A DNA stretch of 64,000 nucleotides from Patescibacteria group bacterium (GTDB taxonomy: Bacteria > Patescibacteriota > WWE3 > UBA101185 > UBA10185): assembly GCA_049322215.1 (NCBI GenBank), contig JBMORU010000001.1, positions 516,023 to 580,022 of the forward strand, written 5' to 3'. The position numbers and the translations under genes are program-made. Each line of letters begins with the position of its first letter. Position 1 is the stretch's first letter. Below, piece after piece: positions 9,392-19,052 of this stretch. The notes under the pieces are model-generated. The model ran no database searches, was not told the origin of the DNA, and worked only from the letters and a program-made list of their open reading frames with translations.

Positions 9392-9398
9392 GTTAAGT

Positions 9399-10094
9399 AT
9401 GCCAATGTCAGACACATTACTAAATGATGAGTTTCCTAGAGAAAAACTACTTAAGTTTGGTGCTGACCATTTGACTGATGCAGAATTAATCGCCGTTTTG
9501 CTTAGGGTTGGAGGTCGCGACACTTCATCAGTTTCGCTGGCAAGGTCTCTAATACGCCATTATGGAAATTTAAATGCTCTTTTAAATGTTCCGCTGCTTG
9601 AGTTGATAAATTATAAAAATATTGGTGTCGCAAAAGCTTGCACACTAAAAGCAACGTTTGAGTTGGGATTGCGTATAAATTTTAATAATACATCTCGTAA
9701 AAAGGTTAAAACTCCTAGAGATGTATTCAATGTTTTAAAGAAAGATTTTTTTTCAAAAAATCGAGAGCACTTTTTTTTATTATCAGTTGATTCGAGAAAC
9801 AGATTAATTTCTAAAGATTTATTAGCAATAGGAACTTTAAATGAAACCGTGGCACACCCAAGAGAGGTTTTTAAACGCGCGTTACAGGTAAGTGCTGTTG
9901 CCATAATAGTTGCTCACAACCACCCATCAGGAGATGTTACCCCAAGTCAGGAAGATATTGATTTAACAAATGTTCTAGCTAAGTCTGGAAAGCTTCTTGG
10001 AATACCGTTAATGGATCATGTAATTATTTCTCAAAATGAATATGTAAGTATACGGAGTTTGGGTCTTTTCACTATAGATAAAGTAGAAATTTAG
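9399..10094 (+). CDS. radC: RadC-family JAB-domain protein
   Basis: PREKL..G...L.DAEL.A.LLR.G, HPREVF, HNHPSGD..PS.ED, DHVII; ATG 9399 preferred over TTG 9390. Confidence 0.95.
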   Translation: MPMSDTLLNDEFPREKLLKFGADHLTDAELIAVLLRVGGRDTSSVSLARSLIRHYGNLNALLNVPLLELINYKNIGVAKACTLKATFELGLRINFNNTSRKKVKTPRDVFNVLKKDFFSKNREHFFLLSVDSRNRLISKDLLAIGTLNETVAHPREVFKRALQVSAVAIIVAHNHPSGDVTPSQEDIDLTNVLAKSGKLLGIPLMDHVIISQNEYVSIRSLGLFTIDKVEI

Positions 10095-10110
10095 TAAGAA
10101 AGGAGGTGTT

Positions 10111-10689
10111 ATGAAAAAATTTATTGCAAGTTATGGTTTGATACTAACCATTCTTATCACGACTTTAGGTGTTTCTGCAGCAGCTTTCACTGACTCTGCA
10201 AAAATACTTGGTGCAACTTTTAGTGTTGGTAGTTCTGATCTAAAGTTGTTAATGGACTTAGCAGGTTCTTTAGATGCTTCAAATCTTTATGACGAACTAG
10301 TCGGGCCTACATTTGAGAATATAAGTCCGAATTGGGAAACTAACTATTTGGTGAAGCTTTACAATAATTCACCTGAAGATGTGGTGCTTTTTACAGTGGC
10401 AGATTACGAAACGGCTAACGACCCTAATGAATTGCGTCAGGATATAAATGTAGAACCGTTTCTTTGGGATGACAACAATAATAATGGGGTTTTAGATGCC
10501 GGTGAGCTTGGAAATTCCTTAGGTGTAAAAACCATAGTTAAGTGGAAAACAGAGGGGTTTGATTTAGGCCTTTTGCAGTCAGGAGAGGTATTACCTATGG
10601 TTTTTAAGTTTAGTACAGGTTCTGTATCTGCTGCTAAGCAAGGGAGTACGGCAACATTTGATTTTTTAGTTGAGTCAGTTAGTTTATAA
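10111..10689 (+). CDS. TasA/CalY-like secreted protein with SipW-class signal peptide
   Basis: Hydrophobic leader then GVSAA-AFTDS....ATFSVGSSDL, matching the SipW-cognate pattern A.F.D......F..G..DL; DxNxNGxxDxGE Ca-binding-like loop; strong SD AAGGAGGTG; next to sipW. Confidence 0.75.
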   Translation: MKKFIASYGLILTILITTLGVSAAAFTDSAKILGATFSVGSSDLKLLMDLAGSLDASNLYDELVGPTFENISPNWETNYLVKLYNNSPEDVVLFTVADYETANDPNELRQDINVEPFLWDDNNNNGVLDAGELGNSLGVKTIVKWKTEGFDLGLLQSGEVLPMVFKFSTGSVSAAKQGSTATFDFLVESVSL

Positions 10690-10713
10690 AGTTTAATCAC
10701 ATTTCCCGGGAAT

Positions 10714-11169
10714 GTGTTAAACATAATGAAATATTTAATTATTTTTGTTTCGTTCGTTTTGTTTGCAGCTGTAGGTATTTATAAGTTTGATACTTTTGTA
10801 ATAAATGGTGCATCTATGGAGCCAACTTTGCAAAAAGGAGACTTAATAGTGACAAAAATCTATTCTACCTACGATGTTGATGATGTTGTTACATATAATC
10901 TATATTCAGGTACAAGTTTAATTACGCATCGCATTGTAAGTAAAGAAGTGTTTAAGGACAAAAATTTGTATAAAACTAAAGGTGATAACAATAATGTTGA
11001 GGATCCGTTTTATATTGCTGACTATGAAATTGTTGGTAAGGTGCTATTTGCTTTTCCATACTTGGGAGCACTAATTACGTTTATTTTCAAACCTCTAACA
11101 TTATTAGTTTTATTCTATGTTCCTTTAGGGATAATATTAGGTTATAAGTTAGCTGAAATTAAAGGCTAA
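10714..11169 (+). CDS. sipW: signal peptidase I, SipW/ER type
   Basis: G.SMEPT...GD, ITHRIV (Ser-His type rather than Ser-Lys), TKGDNN...D, C-terminal TM; alternative start ATG 10726. Confidence 0.88.
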   Translation: MLNIMKYLIIFVSFVLFAAVGIYKFDTFVINGASMEPTLQKGDLIVTKIYSTYDVDDVVTYNLYSGTSLITHRIVSKEVFKDKNLYKTKGDNNNVEDPFYIADYEIVGKVLFAFPYLGALITFIFKPLTLLVLFYVPLGIILGYKLAEIKG

Positions 11170-11201
11170 TAATAAGGTTGTTGCTATGATATCCTATACT
11201 C

Positions 11202-13778
11202 ATGCTTACTGTGCCCAAAGAGATATATGACTTCATAAACTGGTATTTTGTTAAAGCTCCGCGTGTGCTTTTTGTGACCTTGCTTAGAATACTGCGTCAC
11301 ACAAACAATGAGGTGGCTTTTACACTTAATATTCGTCTACTTTTCACCCCTTTGTTTGGTGACTATACCAAAGTGGGTAGAATAATAGGCTTCTTTTTTA
11401 GAATTATTTGGATGTTAGTTGGTTCGGTAGCGCTTGTTTTCATATCTATTTTACTTTTTATCGCTCCAATTATATGGTTTTTAGCCCCTTTATTATTGGC
11501 TATTTATATTAAGCTGTGGATTATACCTTTAATTGTAATGCTTTTTGTTGCACGAGAGTATTTTACTTTTGGTACCCCCTTAAGGCGTGTATACCAAGTG
11601 AATCCTTCAAATCCGTTGGAGTGTTTTAGACCTGAAGTTAAGGATTATATTGAACAGTTGAAAACAGTGGGTAGTGAAGCCTTGCCTTTATTTTTAAAGC
11701 ATAAATCAAGTCAGTATATATTGAAAAGAACCGAGCTCTTAAAGCAGGATTTTCTTTTAGCTTTTGTGGAACTTTATTCAAGGTTGCAAAATGTGCCTTT
11801 AGTAGAAACATCATATGGACTGGCAAAAAAATATGAAACCAGGTATGTAGAAATGGAGCATTTACTTTTAGCAGTTTTCTTAAGTGTTCCTAATATTGAT
11901 ACTGTTCTATCTTCTTATGGGTCTTCTCTTGAGGACTTTGAAGACACAATAGAATGGGTAGTTTCAAAAAGAGAAGAGTTATCAAAGCTATATGTTTGGC
12001 AAGAAGACTATGAAATGCCTCTTATGGGAGGTACAAATCGTGGTTTAACAGGTCGGGTTACTAAATACCTTGATCAGTATTCTGATGACTACACCGAAAT
12101 GGCCAAATATGGACGTTTCAAAAAAGTAGTTGGCAGAGATGCGGAAATATCAGAAGTTGCTGAAATACTGAGTAGTTCTAATAGTAACGTATTAATTATA
12201 GGTGAACCCGGAAGCGGAAAGTCTTCTATTATGAAAGGTATTGCCGATAGAGTTATAAGAGGAACGGATTTTGAGTCTTTAAGGTTTCGTCGTATTGTTG
12301 CTCTTAATACAGGCCTTCTTATAGCGGGTGCATCTACCTCGGGTGATTTAGCAGGCAGAATGGCGAACATTATGGAAGATGTTGAAGGATCTGGTGGCAT
12401 AATTTTGTTTATTGACGAAATTCACACTTTGTTAGCAGGTTCTGGGCAAAGCAGTGCCGAAATGTCTAGTGCCTTTTCTGTTTTAGAGCCACGCTTAGCG
12501 GCAGGAAAAAATCAATTTGTTGGTGCTACTTCAAATGAAAACTACAGAAAGTATATAGAGCCTAATGGTGCTTTTGCACGCTTATTTGAAATTGTTCGTT
12601 TAGCCGAAGCATCTGAAGAAGATACCCTAGAAATTTTAAAAGTAAATGCAGATGAAATTGAAAAAGAAACAGGTGTAATAGTTTCGTACCCCGCATTAAG
12701 AAAAATTATTCAGCTGTCTAAAAAACTAATACATGAGCGGGTATTTCCCGATAAAGCTTTGGACATTTTAAATAGAAGTGTTGCTTCTTTTGGGAGAACT
12801 AAGGGTTATTTAACGGTTGATGATGTGGCCGATGAAGTATCTAAAATAACAAGTGTTCCTGTTTCGGCAATTTCTCAAGATGAATCTTCTACACTGCTAA
12901 ACATTGAAGACAAAATGAGGCAAATGGTGGTTGGACAAGACCAAGCCATAGTTCAAATAGGGCGCTCATTAAAGCGCGCACGAGTAGGTATAAGAGATGA
13001 ATCTAAGCCAATAGCCAGCTTTTTATTTGTAGGCACTACAGGTGTAGGGAAAACTCAAACTGCTAAAGCGTTGGCAAAAAACTATTTTGGTACAAATAAT
13101 ACGATGATTCGTTTAGATATGAGTGAATATCAACAACCAGATAGCATTAACCGCTTAATTGGGGATCCTTCAGGCAGTTCTAAAGGTCAGTTAACTGATG
13201 CTGTTCGTTCTAAGCCTTTTTCTCTTATTTTGCTTGATGAAATTGAGAAAGCTTATTCCAATGTTTTACTTACATTTTTACAAGTATTGGATGATGGTCG
13301 TTTAACGGATTCTGTGGGTCATGTTGTTGATTTTACCAATTCTATAATAATTGCTACCAGTAATACAGGCACGCGAGCAATACAAGAAATTTCTGATAAG
13401 GGTGGTACTTTCGAAGAAATGCAAGATGCTGCAATGCGTGAGGTTAGAGCTAAGTTTGCTCCCGAGTTTTTAAATCGTTTTACTGGAATTATTGTATTTA
13501 GGCCATTAACTATTCCAACAGTGCGTGCAATTGCAGACATACTTTTGGAAGGTGTAAGACGCTTAGCTGATGAAAAGAAAGTTAAAATTTCGTTTTCACA
13601 GCAGTTAATAGACGAGCTAGTACGTAGAGGATTTAACCCAAGCTGGGGTGCGCGTCCGTTAGCACGTGTTATAGAAGATACTGTAGAAACATACTTAGCC
13701 ACAAAAATTTTACAAGGTGAAATTAAAATGGGTGACACAGTAGAACTAGGTATGGAAGTTTTTGAAGAAAGCTATTAA
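11202..13778 (+). CDS. Clp/Hsp100 double AAA+ ATPase with N-terminal transmembrane region
   Basis: Hydrophobic aa ~60-120; Clp-N-like EHLLLA; Walker A GEPGSGKS and GTTGVGKT; Walker B FIDE and LLDE; PEFLNR; GARPL. Confidence 0.92.
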   Translation: MLTVPKEIYDFINWYFVKAPRVLFVTLLRILRHTNNEVAFTLNIRLLFTPLFGDYTKVGRIIGFFFRIIWMLVGSVALVFISILLFIAPIIWFLAPLLLAIYIKLWIIPLIVMLFVAREYFTFGTPLRRVYQVNPSNPLECFRPEVKDYIEQLKTVGSEALPLFLKHKSSQYILKRTELLKQDFLLAFVELYSRLQNVPLVETSYGLAKKYETRYVEMEHLLLAVFLSVPNIDTVLSSYGSSLEDFEDTIEWVVSKREELSKLYVWQEDYEMPLMGGTNRGLTGRVTKYLDQYSDDYTEMAKYGRFKKVVGRDAEISEVAEILSSSNSNVLIIGEPGSGKSSIMKGIADRVIRGTDFESLRFRRIVALNTGLLIAGASTSGDLAGRMANIMEDVEGSGGIILFIDEIHTLLAGSGQSSAEMSSAFSVLEPRLAAGKNQFVGATSNENYRKYIEPNGAFARLFEIVRLAEASEEDTLEILKVNADEIEKETGVIVSYPALRKIIQLSKKLIHERVFPDKALDILNRSVASFGRTKGYLTVDDVADEVSKITSVPVSAISQDESSTLLNIEDKMRQMVVGQDQAIVQIGRSLKRARVGIRDESKPIASFLFVGTTGVGKTQTAKALAKNYFGTNNTMIRLDMSEYQQPDSINRLIGDPSGSSKGQLTDAVRSKPFSLILLDEIEKAYSNVLLTFLQVLDDGRLTDSVGHVVDFTNSIIIATSNTGTRAIQEISDKGGTFEEMQDAAMREVRAKFAPEFLNRFTGIIVFRPLTIPTVRAIADILLEGVRRLADEKKVKISFSQQLIDELVRRGFNPSWGARPLARVIEDTVETYLATKILQGEIKMGDTVELGMEVFEESY

Positions 13779-13791
13779 ACTGCTTTTTAAT

Positions 13792-14793
13792 ATGGAAGAA
13801 GCACATCAGAAATTAGCCGAACTAGGTGAAAAATTAAATATAAAGTCCAAGCGTTTGAAAATAGATGAACTTAAAAAAGAAATGAGTACTGAAGAAGTCT
13901 GGAAAAATTGGGAACAGGGGCAAAAATTGTCCCAAGACTTGGCAGCCCTAGAAAGAGAAGTAACGGATTATGAGATGCTTGAGCTGCTGCTGGATGACGA
14001 TGCTCTAGATGAATTTGAAAAAGAATTTAAGAAACTAGAGCTAAGTACATTCTTATCTGAAAGCTATGATAAAAATGCTGCGTTGCTTTCTATTCATGCG
14101 GGACAAGGCGGAACTGAAGCAATGGATTGGACAGAAATGCTAATGCGTATGTACGCACGGTATGCAGAAAAGAAAGGTTGGAAAGTTGAAGAAGTTACAC
14201 GGGTTAAAGGAGATGAAGCAGGTCTTAAATCCGTGACACTAGAGCTTAAAGGTAAGTATGCCTACGGCTATTTAAAAAATGAGGCGGGTGCTCATAGGTT
14301 GGTGCGTCAGTCACCTTTCAATTCTGATAACTTACGCCAAACATCTTTTTCCTTAGTAGAAGTTTTACCCGTTGTGTCAGATGATATCGAAATAGAAATA
14401 AAAGATGATGACATTGAATTTGAAGCACATAGGTCAGGAGGATCTGGTGGGCAGAACGTTAATAAGGTTTCCACGGCAGTACGAATTAAGCATAAACCCA
14501 CAGGTATAGTAGTAGAATGTCAGGAAGAGCGAACACAGGGAAAAAACAGAGAAAAAGCTATGGCATCACTTAAAGCTCAGTTGTTTGCACTTGAAGTTCA
14601 GCGTATAGAAGACGAAAAGAAAAAGCTTAAAGGGACATATAAGGTTCCTGGTTGGGGCAATCAAATTAGAAATTATGTACTACACCCGTATAAACTTGTT
14701 AAAGATTTACGAACACAAGTAGAAAGTGTAAATCCAGACTCGGTGCTAGATGGTAATTTGGATGAGTTTATAAGCGAAGAAATAAAGCTTTAA
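13792..14793 (+). CDS. prfB: peptide chain release factor 2
   Basis: SPF and GGQ motifs, [13 protein letters not shown]; continuous frame; ATG 13792 preferred. Confidence 0.96.
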   Translation: MEEAHQKLAELGEKLNIKSKRLKIDELKKEMSTEEVWKNWEQGQKLSQDLAALEREVTDYEMLELLLDDDALDEFEKEFKKLELSTFLSESYDKNAALLSIHAGQGGTEAMDWTEMLMRMYARYAEKKGWKVEEVTRVKGDEAGLKSVTLELKGKYAYGYLKNEAGAHRLVRQSPFNSDNLRQTSFSLVEVLPVVSDDIEIEIKDDDIEFEAHRSGGSGGQNVNKVSTAVRIKHKPTGIVVECQEERTQGKNREKAMASLKAQLFALEVQRIEDEKKKLKGTYKVPGWGNQIRNYVLHPYKLVKDLRTQVESVNPDSVLDGNLDEFISEEIKL

Positions 14794-14808
14794 TTATTAG
14801 ATTAAAGA

Positions 14809-14850
14809 AGGGAAAAATGTCTCTAGTGAAATAGTAAGACATTTTTCCCT
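14809..14850. terminator. hairpin between convergent genes (likely bidirectional terminator)
   Basis: Perfect 14-bp inverted repeat AGGGAAAAATGTCT / AGACATTTTTCCCT. Confidence 0.75.
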
Positions 14851-14877
14851 ATGAATTTTTTCAGCAATATTGCAATA

Positions 14878-15267
14878 TTAGTGTTTTTCCCAGTGCGAAG
14901 TACCGTTTTTTATTTCAAACTTTCGCATTCCTGGAGGTGGTTCCACAACGATTCGTCGCGAGTTCAAATACGTTCTGCTCATTCGGGCTAACCATCCAGC
15001 TAAGCGTCCTGCCCATTCATCAAATGCTGCTGCAGATTCTGGATCTGTGGTTGTACCGAATACATGGGTTACGGCCGTTTTTTCTGCATTTTTCCATGCG
15101 GGTTGGGTTGTTAGGTATCTACCAGGTTTGTTTTTCAAACAGAGTTGAAACCCATAGCCTGTTTTAACGCCAACAACTTTTAGTGCAAAAAAACTTGAAC
15201 TTATCGATTGAAAGTCTGGGTACTGTGTTAATTCGCGATTTTCACCACTATACAACTGTGCATCCAT
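14878..15267 (-). CDS. hypothetical protein
   Basis: 129 aa; SD AAGGAG; promoter TTGTTA-N17-TATAAT on minus strand (15341-15313). Confidence 0.7.
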   Translation of the reverse strand: MDAQLYSGENRELTQYPDFQSISSSFFALKVVGVKTGYGFQLCLKNKPGRYLTTQPAWKNAEKTAVTHVFGTTTDPESAAAFDEWAGRLAGWLARMSRTYLNSRRIVVEPPPGMRKFEIKNGTSHWEKH

Positions 15268-15367
15268 ATCATTATCTCCTTTTTGGAAAAGCTCTTATTT
15301 AAGTTTGCCCGCATTATATCACCCCATAGTATTTGTAACAAGGATCAGTTTTTATATTTAGCTTCAT

Positions 15368-15622
15368 TTATTTAAAAGCGGTTAATAAAATTAAAGCGCT
15401 CTGATAGGAAACGTCATAAATATTTAACAAAATCAAAAATGTGATTGATACTACTGCAAAGACAGCAGTTTTCTTTAAATCCCGTTTAATATTTTTTATT
15501 GGAAGTTTATGTGTTTGAAGCTCTTTAGTGGGTGCTTTATTTTCTGCACTCTTTTTAATGCTTTGAGCTTTAAGTATTTCTTTATGTTTTCTTTGCTTAT
15601 TTTTTGATTTTTTCTTTGACAT
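15368..15622 (-). CDS. small basic protein with C-terminal TM helix
   Basis: Lys-rich N-terminus, hydrophobic TAVFAVVSITFLILLNIY. Confidence 0.6.
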   Translation of the reverse strand: MSKKKSKNKQRKHKEILKAQSIKKSAENKAPTKELQTHKLPIKNIKRDLKKTAVFAVVSITFLILLNIYDVSYQSALILLTAFK

Positions 15623-15690
15623 TCCATGAGTTTATCATATTTTATAAAACATCTAGACAAAACTTGTACCCAATATATAATACAAACTAG

Positions 15691-16902
15691 ATGCACATAC
15701 CTACAAATGAACATGACGAACTAGATTTAAATAATGTTAAAATTACCCCTCCTACTTCTAATGAATCTGAGGTCAATAAAGCAAAAAGAAATGCATTTAT
15801 TATTCCAGTTGCTGTATTAGCAGGATTAGTAATTGTTTTAGGTGTAATTTATTTTTTCAATTCAAAAAAAGAGGGTGGCTTTTTTAATCCTACCGCTATA
15901 AATGATTTAATTGATGGTGGTGATAGCAAAGAGGATTTATTTGAAAATCCTTTAACTGGTGAGCTTGTACCAATGAAAAATGCGGAACCGTGGAAAGATA
16001 TACGTCCTATGGGTGTAATGGTAAACAATGCTGTTCCCGCAAGACCTCAATCAGGTTTGATTTACGCTGATGTTATTTATGAAATTGTTGCTGAGGGAGG
16101 AATTACCCGATTTTTACCGTTTTTCTTATCTAATACTCCTGAGAAAATAGGTCCTGTTAGGAGTACAAGAGAATACTATTTAGTGCTCGTAAAAGAAATG
16201 GGTGATGCAATGCTTATGCATATAGGTTGGTCTCCGCAAGCTTTAGAAGCAATAGAAACCTGGCCTGTCCGCAGTTTAGGTAGAGGTGGTGGTCAATTTT
16301 GGAGAGATCAGAATCGCTTAGACAGTGGCGTTGCCACGGAGCATACAGCTTATGTAGATGGTACTGAATTACGTGACTTAGGAAATGATTTGGGTTGGCA
16401 AGGCACCGATGAAGAGTTTAGACCTTATTTATTTAAAGATGAAGCCGATATTCCCCAAGAAACTGAAATGTGTTATGTAGGTGAATGTAATCCAATTACA
16501 ATAGATTTTTGGTACGAAGGTGATTACTCTGCAATTTGGGAATACGATAGAACGTCAAATTCATACTTAAGGTTTATGGGATATGATTCTGAAGAAAACC
16601 CTATTCCTCATAAAGATCAGGAAACTGGCGAACAAATTAAAGTAAAAAACTTTATAGTACAGTTTGCCTCCGAAACACAGGTAGTAGGAGATGAAAAAGG
16701 CCGTTTAGAATATGAATTAATTGGCAGCGGAACTGGTATTGTTTTTATTGACGGAACTGCAAATACCGTAACCTGGTCAAAAGCCGGTAGAGATGATCGT
16801 ACACTTTTTTATTATGAAAATGGCGAAGAGGTTGAGTTTAATAGAGGAAAATTTTGGATAAGTATTGTACCAGATAGAAATGTTGATCAAGTTAATTATT
16901 AA
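15691..16902 (+). CDS. DUF3048 (YerB-like) membrane-anchored extracellular protein
   Basis: PLTG, VMVNN...ARPQSGL..AD.IYE..AEGGITRF, IGPVRS.R; N-terminal TM. Confidence 0.88.
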   Translation: MHIPTNEHDELDLNNVKITPPTSNESEVNKAKRNAFIIPVAVLAGLVIVLGVIYFFNSKKEGGFFNPTAINDLIDGGDSKEDLFENPLTGELVPMKNAEPWKDIRPMGVMVNNAVPARPQSGLIYADVIYEIVAEGGITRFLPFFLSNTPEKIGPVRSTREYYLVLVKEMGDAMLMHIGWSPQALEAIETWPVRSLGRGGGQFWRDQNRLDSGVATEHTAYVDGTELRDLGNDLGWQGTDEEFRPYLFKDEADIPQETEMCYVGECNPITIDFWYEGDYSAIWEYDRTSNSYLRFMGYDSEENPIPHKDQETGEQIKVKNFIVQFASETQVVGDEKGRLEYELIGSGTGIVFIDGTANTVTWSKAGRDDRTLFYYENGEEVEFNRGKFWISIVPDRNVDQVNY

Positions 16903-16950
16903 AACTGTCTTTATTTTATTAAGTTATGCCATGCTGCCTCGGCGAATTTT

Positions 16951-17532
16951 ATGTTAAAGGATTTATTTGTTTCAGAAGTTAGAGTAAAAGTTTTAAAAGT
17001 TATGCTAGCTAATCCGTCGCAGTCTTATCATGTAAGAGGGTTAGTAAGAGCAGTAGGTACAGAAATTAATGCTGTCCGTAGAGAGCTTTCTAGGCTACAC
17101 AAATTAGGATTATTACGCAAACGTCCAAGTGGTAATCGTCTTTACTATAGTGTTAACACAAGTTCAATTTACTTTCCTGAGTTACTGTCGTTAATAGCTA
17201 AGGAAGAAGGTTTAGGTGCCGCAATCATTAAGGCCTTGAAAGAATTAGGTGATTTAAAGTTTGCCGTACTATCTAGATCTTTTTCAATGGGACATCAATC
17301 TAACATGCTTGATGTAGACTTGTTTGTTGTGGGCAATCCGAACATGGATGTATTAGAGAAGCTAGTAAAAGAAGATGAAGCTGATACAAAAAGAGAAATT
17401 AACTACTCTGTAATGGGTGAAGAGGAATTCATGTTTAGAAAAAGAAAGAACGATCAATTTGTAAACAAAATACTAATGCAAAGCAGAACCATGCTTGTAG
17501 GCGATGAAGAAGAGTTTACTTCTCTCACTTGA
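16951..17532 (+). CDS. winged-helix protein with nucleotidyltransferase-like C-terminal domain
   Basis: LF.SEVRVK.L, NAVRREL..L...GLL...GNRLYY; C-terminal DVDLFVVG, REINY. Confidence 0.75.
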   Translation: MLKDLFVSEVRVKVLKVMLANPSQSYHVRGLVRAVGTEINAVRRELSRLHKLGLLRKRPSGNRLYYSVNTSSIYFPELLSLIAKEEGLGAAIIKALKELGDLKFAVLSRSFSMGHQSNMLDVDLFVVGNPNMDVLEKLVKEDEADTKREINYSVMGEEEFMFRKRKNDQFVNKILMQSRTMLVGDEEEFTSLT

Positions 17533-17603
17533 TGCTAGCTTCTTGATTATTGCAATCTCTCAAACTATTATAAGCTGTGTATCGTAACTGAAGTATTGTT
17601 GAT

Positions 17604-19052
17604 ATGTTTAAAAATTTATATTTTAGATTAGGATTAATAACTGCAATAGCCACAACAGCCATACTTATGGCTTTGCCAAGAATACCCATTAATATTCATA
17701 AATGGGGTATAAACCTAAACTCGTATATTGGAGGTTACTATTTGAGTTTTTTTGATGGTCGCTATACCTTAGATTTAACAGAACTAAAAAAAGGTTTAGA
17801 TTTAGAAGGCGGGGTCAAGATTGTATTACAAGCAAAAATGGATTCTATTGCAGAAGAAGATAGAGACTCTGCAATAGTGTCTGCACGAGAAGTAATTGCA
17901 CGTCGTGTTGACTTTTTAGGTGTAGCTGAAGCTTCAATAAATACCTCAAAAATTGGAGATTCTTACAGAATAAACGTAGAAATACCTGGGATAGATAATA
18001 TCTCTGAAGCAATTTCTATTATTGGTAAAACAGCACAGCTTAATTTTAAGATACTAAATGAGGATGTAGAGTGGAGCGAAGAAAGGTTTCAAGAGTTAAT
18101 TTTTGATTCAACACAATGGTCAGATTCAGGTTTAACTGGCGCAGATTTGCGTGGTGTTGATGTAGTATTCCAAAATCAAGGTTATGGAGGTTCTCAAGGT
18201 TTATCAAACTCTCCTTCAATACAATTGAGATTTACTAACGAAGGACGTGAAAAATTTTCTAAATTAGCTCAAACACAAATAGGTAAGCCTATTGCACTAT
18301 ATTTAGATGAAGACGCGTTACCCATATCCGCTCCAATTGTTAACGAATCCCTTGCTGACGATTTGTATTCTGACCCGATTATTAGTGGAAACTTTAATTT
18401 AGAAGAAGCGCAGGCACTAAGCTTGCAAATAAGAGCAGGTGCTTTACCTGTTCCTGTCGAAATTGTAGAGCAACAAAATATTGGCGCTACCTTAGGAGAT
18501 GAATCGATTAATACAAGTTTTTTTGCGGGGATAGTAGGTTTAATAATAATCATGGTTTATATGGTTTTTGCTTATGGTCGTTTAGGATTTATTGCAAACA
18601 TAGCTTTGGCAATTTATGCTTTTTTGGTTTTGGCAATATTTAAAATTGTTCCAGTAGTTTTAACACTTCCAGGAATTGCTGGTTTTATTTTGTCTATAGG
18701 TATGGCATCTGATGCTAATATTTTAATATTTGAGCGTATAAAAGAAGAAATTTCGTGGGGTAAACCTAGAGGTTTGGCAATAAAGTTTGGCTTTGAAAGA
18801 GCTTGGACATCTATAAAGGATTCTAATATTTCTTCACTTCTTACTGCATTTGTATTATTTTATTTTGGTACTGGCCCTGTTCGAGGTTTTGCTCTAACGC
18901 TAGCTATAGGTATATTAGTTTCTTTATTTACTTCTATTTTTGTAACTCATACTTTAATTCGTTTGTTCGATTCAGGTTTGCGTGGTTCTGAGGTTGAGGT
19001 CATTAAAACCAGTTCGCGTAGAAATCGCTTAAGAAGGAGAAGTTTAAAATGA
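17604..19052 (+). CDS. secD: protein translocase subunit SecD
   Basis: GLDLEGG, RRVD.LGVAE, AGALPVP, LTLPGIAG.ILSIGMA.DANILIFERI. Confidence 0.97.
   Translation: MFKNLYFRLGLITAIATTAILMALPRIPINIHKWGINLNSYIGGYYLSFFDGRYTLDLTELKKGLDLEGGVKIVLQAKMDSIAEEDRDSAIVSAREVIARRVDFLGVAEASINTSKIGDSYRINVEIPGIDNISEAISIIGKTAQLNFKILNEDVEWSEERFQELIFDSTQWSDSGLTGADLRGVDVVFQNQGYGGSQGLSNSPSIQLRFTNEGREKFSKLAQTQIGKPIALYLDEDALPISAPIVNESLADDLYSDPIISGNFNLEEAQALSLQIRAGALPVPVEIVEQQNIGATLGDESINTSFFAGIVGLIIIMVYMVFAYGRLGFIANIALAIYAFLVLAIFKIVPVVLTLPGIAGFILSIGMASDANILIFERIKEEISWGKPRGLAIKFGFERAWTSIKDSNISSLLTAFVLFYFGTGPVRGFALTLAIGILVSLFTSIFVTHTLIRLFDSGLRGSEVEVIKTSSRRNRLRRRSLK

Noticed and set aside
9039-10094. xre + radC at the rpsI 3' end as an integrated mobile element
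   Set aside because: No integrase, relaxase or att-like duplication of the rpsI end seen; radC is the full-length chromosomal type.
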